DNA of 64,000 bases from Octopus sinensis (taxonomy: Eukaryota). Each line of letters starts with the position of its first letter. Position 1 is the first letter of the stretch. The notes below the pieces were generated by a model. The model ran no database searches. It had not been told where the DNA came from and saw nothing but the letters and a program-made list of their open reading frames with translations. The stretch covers positions 212,226,001-212,290,000 of the forward strand of contig NC_042997.1 of NCBI RefSeq assembly GCF_006345805.1. Reading direction: 5' to 3'. Both the position numbers and the translations under genes were made by a program. This document shows positions 62,794-64,000 of the stretch, one piece after another.

Positions 62794-64000
62794 GTATGAT
62801 CCGGCGTAATTACTTATCAAGTGTATCACAGTGATTATATTCATCCGAGGTCAACATAGAGCAGCCAGAAATGAGGAGGTCCGTTGTTTCTCTGGCTGCT
62901 CTATGTTAATGGCGGTAAAGTGGGGGAATGGTTGGCACATTGGGAAAATGTTTAGCCGCATTTATTCTGTCCCTTTACATTCTAGGTTCAAATTTTGCCG
63001 AGGTCGACTTTTCCTTTCATCCACTAGAAAGTCGATAAAAATAACTATCAGTCGAGTACGGTGGGGTCGATGTATTCAACTTTTTTCCTTCAATAAAAAA
63101 TGGTTGTCCTTGTGCCAAAACTTGAAACCATTATTATTAAAGCATATTGTTGGAGATACGAGTTGTGTGGTCTTGCAGTTTCATTTGGACTATGACAATT
63201 ATTAAACACAAACGAAACTGATATATTTTAAAGTGTTTCATCTTGTGTAAGATCACATGATTGTGCATCATGTATACCATTGGTTTCAACAATGCACACA
63301 GGTGGTGATACCACGGGGATACAGGCAATGATACCATAGATACACAGGTGACGACACCGTATGTATACAGGTGATTATATAGCTATGCAGGTGATAATTC
63401 ACTCATACACCCACGCACGTTAATTTGTTACGGGTACACAGGTGATGATATTACAGGTATTCAAGCAATAATCTTTTCGTAATGTTTTTCAGTGGTTTTC
63501 AGACATGACTTATTTCATTTACGAGTTGGAATAAAATGTGATTTATAAAAACTAATCGATCGAGTTCTTAAATAAACAATTAGACTTTATAAATTGATGG
63601 ATTATGTGAACTAGTTGTCAGAATATCACTGTTAAGGTAGCCAGTGTCGTCATTGGAAAACTTAATTCTGTCTCGACTAGAAATCTTTGTGGCTTTCAAA
63701 AATTACGTTTTGCTTTCTTTTCCTTCCCAAAACTTGTTTGAAGAACTTCTAATTTCAACAGTAAATTTAAAATAGACATCAAAGTTGCTAACCTAGGTAT
63801 TGTCACTCATCTTTACCATTCGATAACAATGAAATGGAGGATTTATGCGGGTCGGGGTCACATCCCCTGGCCTAGTAGTGGCGTCGACTGATGTAAATGC
63901 TGGAGCGTATTCACTAAATATATTTTATGGCGTGGAAGAAAGTATCAATATCTGTGTATTTACTATCTTATGTGTGTGTGTGTTGTCTTTTTTAGGGAGA

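Noticed and set aside
1-64000. CRISPR arrays, rRNA, prokaryotic operons or terminators
   Set aside because: Eukaryotic repeat-rich DNA; the GTGCCACCGGCAC modules are retroposon VNTR units, not repeat-spacer arrays

Overview
AT-rich, repeat-saturated eukaryotic genomic DNA, most likely an octopus (cephalopod). This is judged by eye from the retroposon families and microsatellite load; no database search was possible. Nearly all ORFs in the supplied track are repeat or microsatellite artefacts. Two credible first coding exons sit head-to-head about 1.9 kb apart. One is a minus-strand gene starting at 54145 (MAEIRQRFPTENEEAKDK|GT) whose introns probably fill most of the window. The other is a plus-strand gene starting at 56025 whose 36-aa first exon reads like a mitochondrial presequence. 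No ordinary-sized internal exon of the minus gene is evident. Instead there is a chain of 18-58 nt candidate micro-exons that splice in frame into a hydrophobic protein with weak, collinear, unverified resemblance to PMT/POMT O-mannosyltransferases. This is the most intriguing signal and is uncertain. The rest is mobile DNA: many 5'-truncated copies of an RTE-like LINE 3' end with an internal VNTR (family A), several tRNA-headed SINE families (B-E), CR1-like and Dong/R4-like LINE fragments, a Gypsy gag relic, mariner and DD37D (maT) transposase relics, Helitron pieces, and piggyBac and hAT MITEs. Also present are two pre-miRNA-sized hairpins, SINE multimers sharing one junction, head-to-head SINE fold-backs and a decayed hammerhead-like motif.
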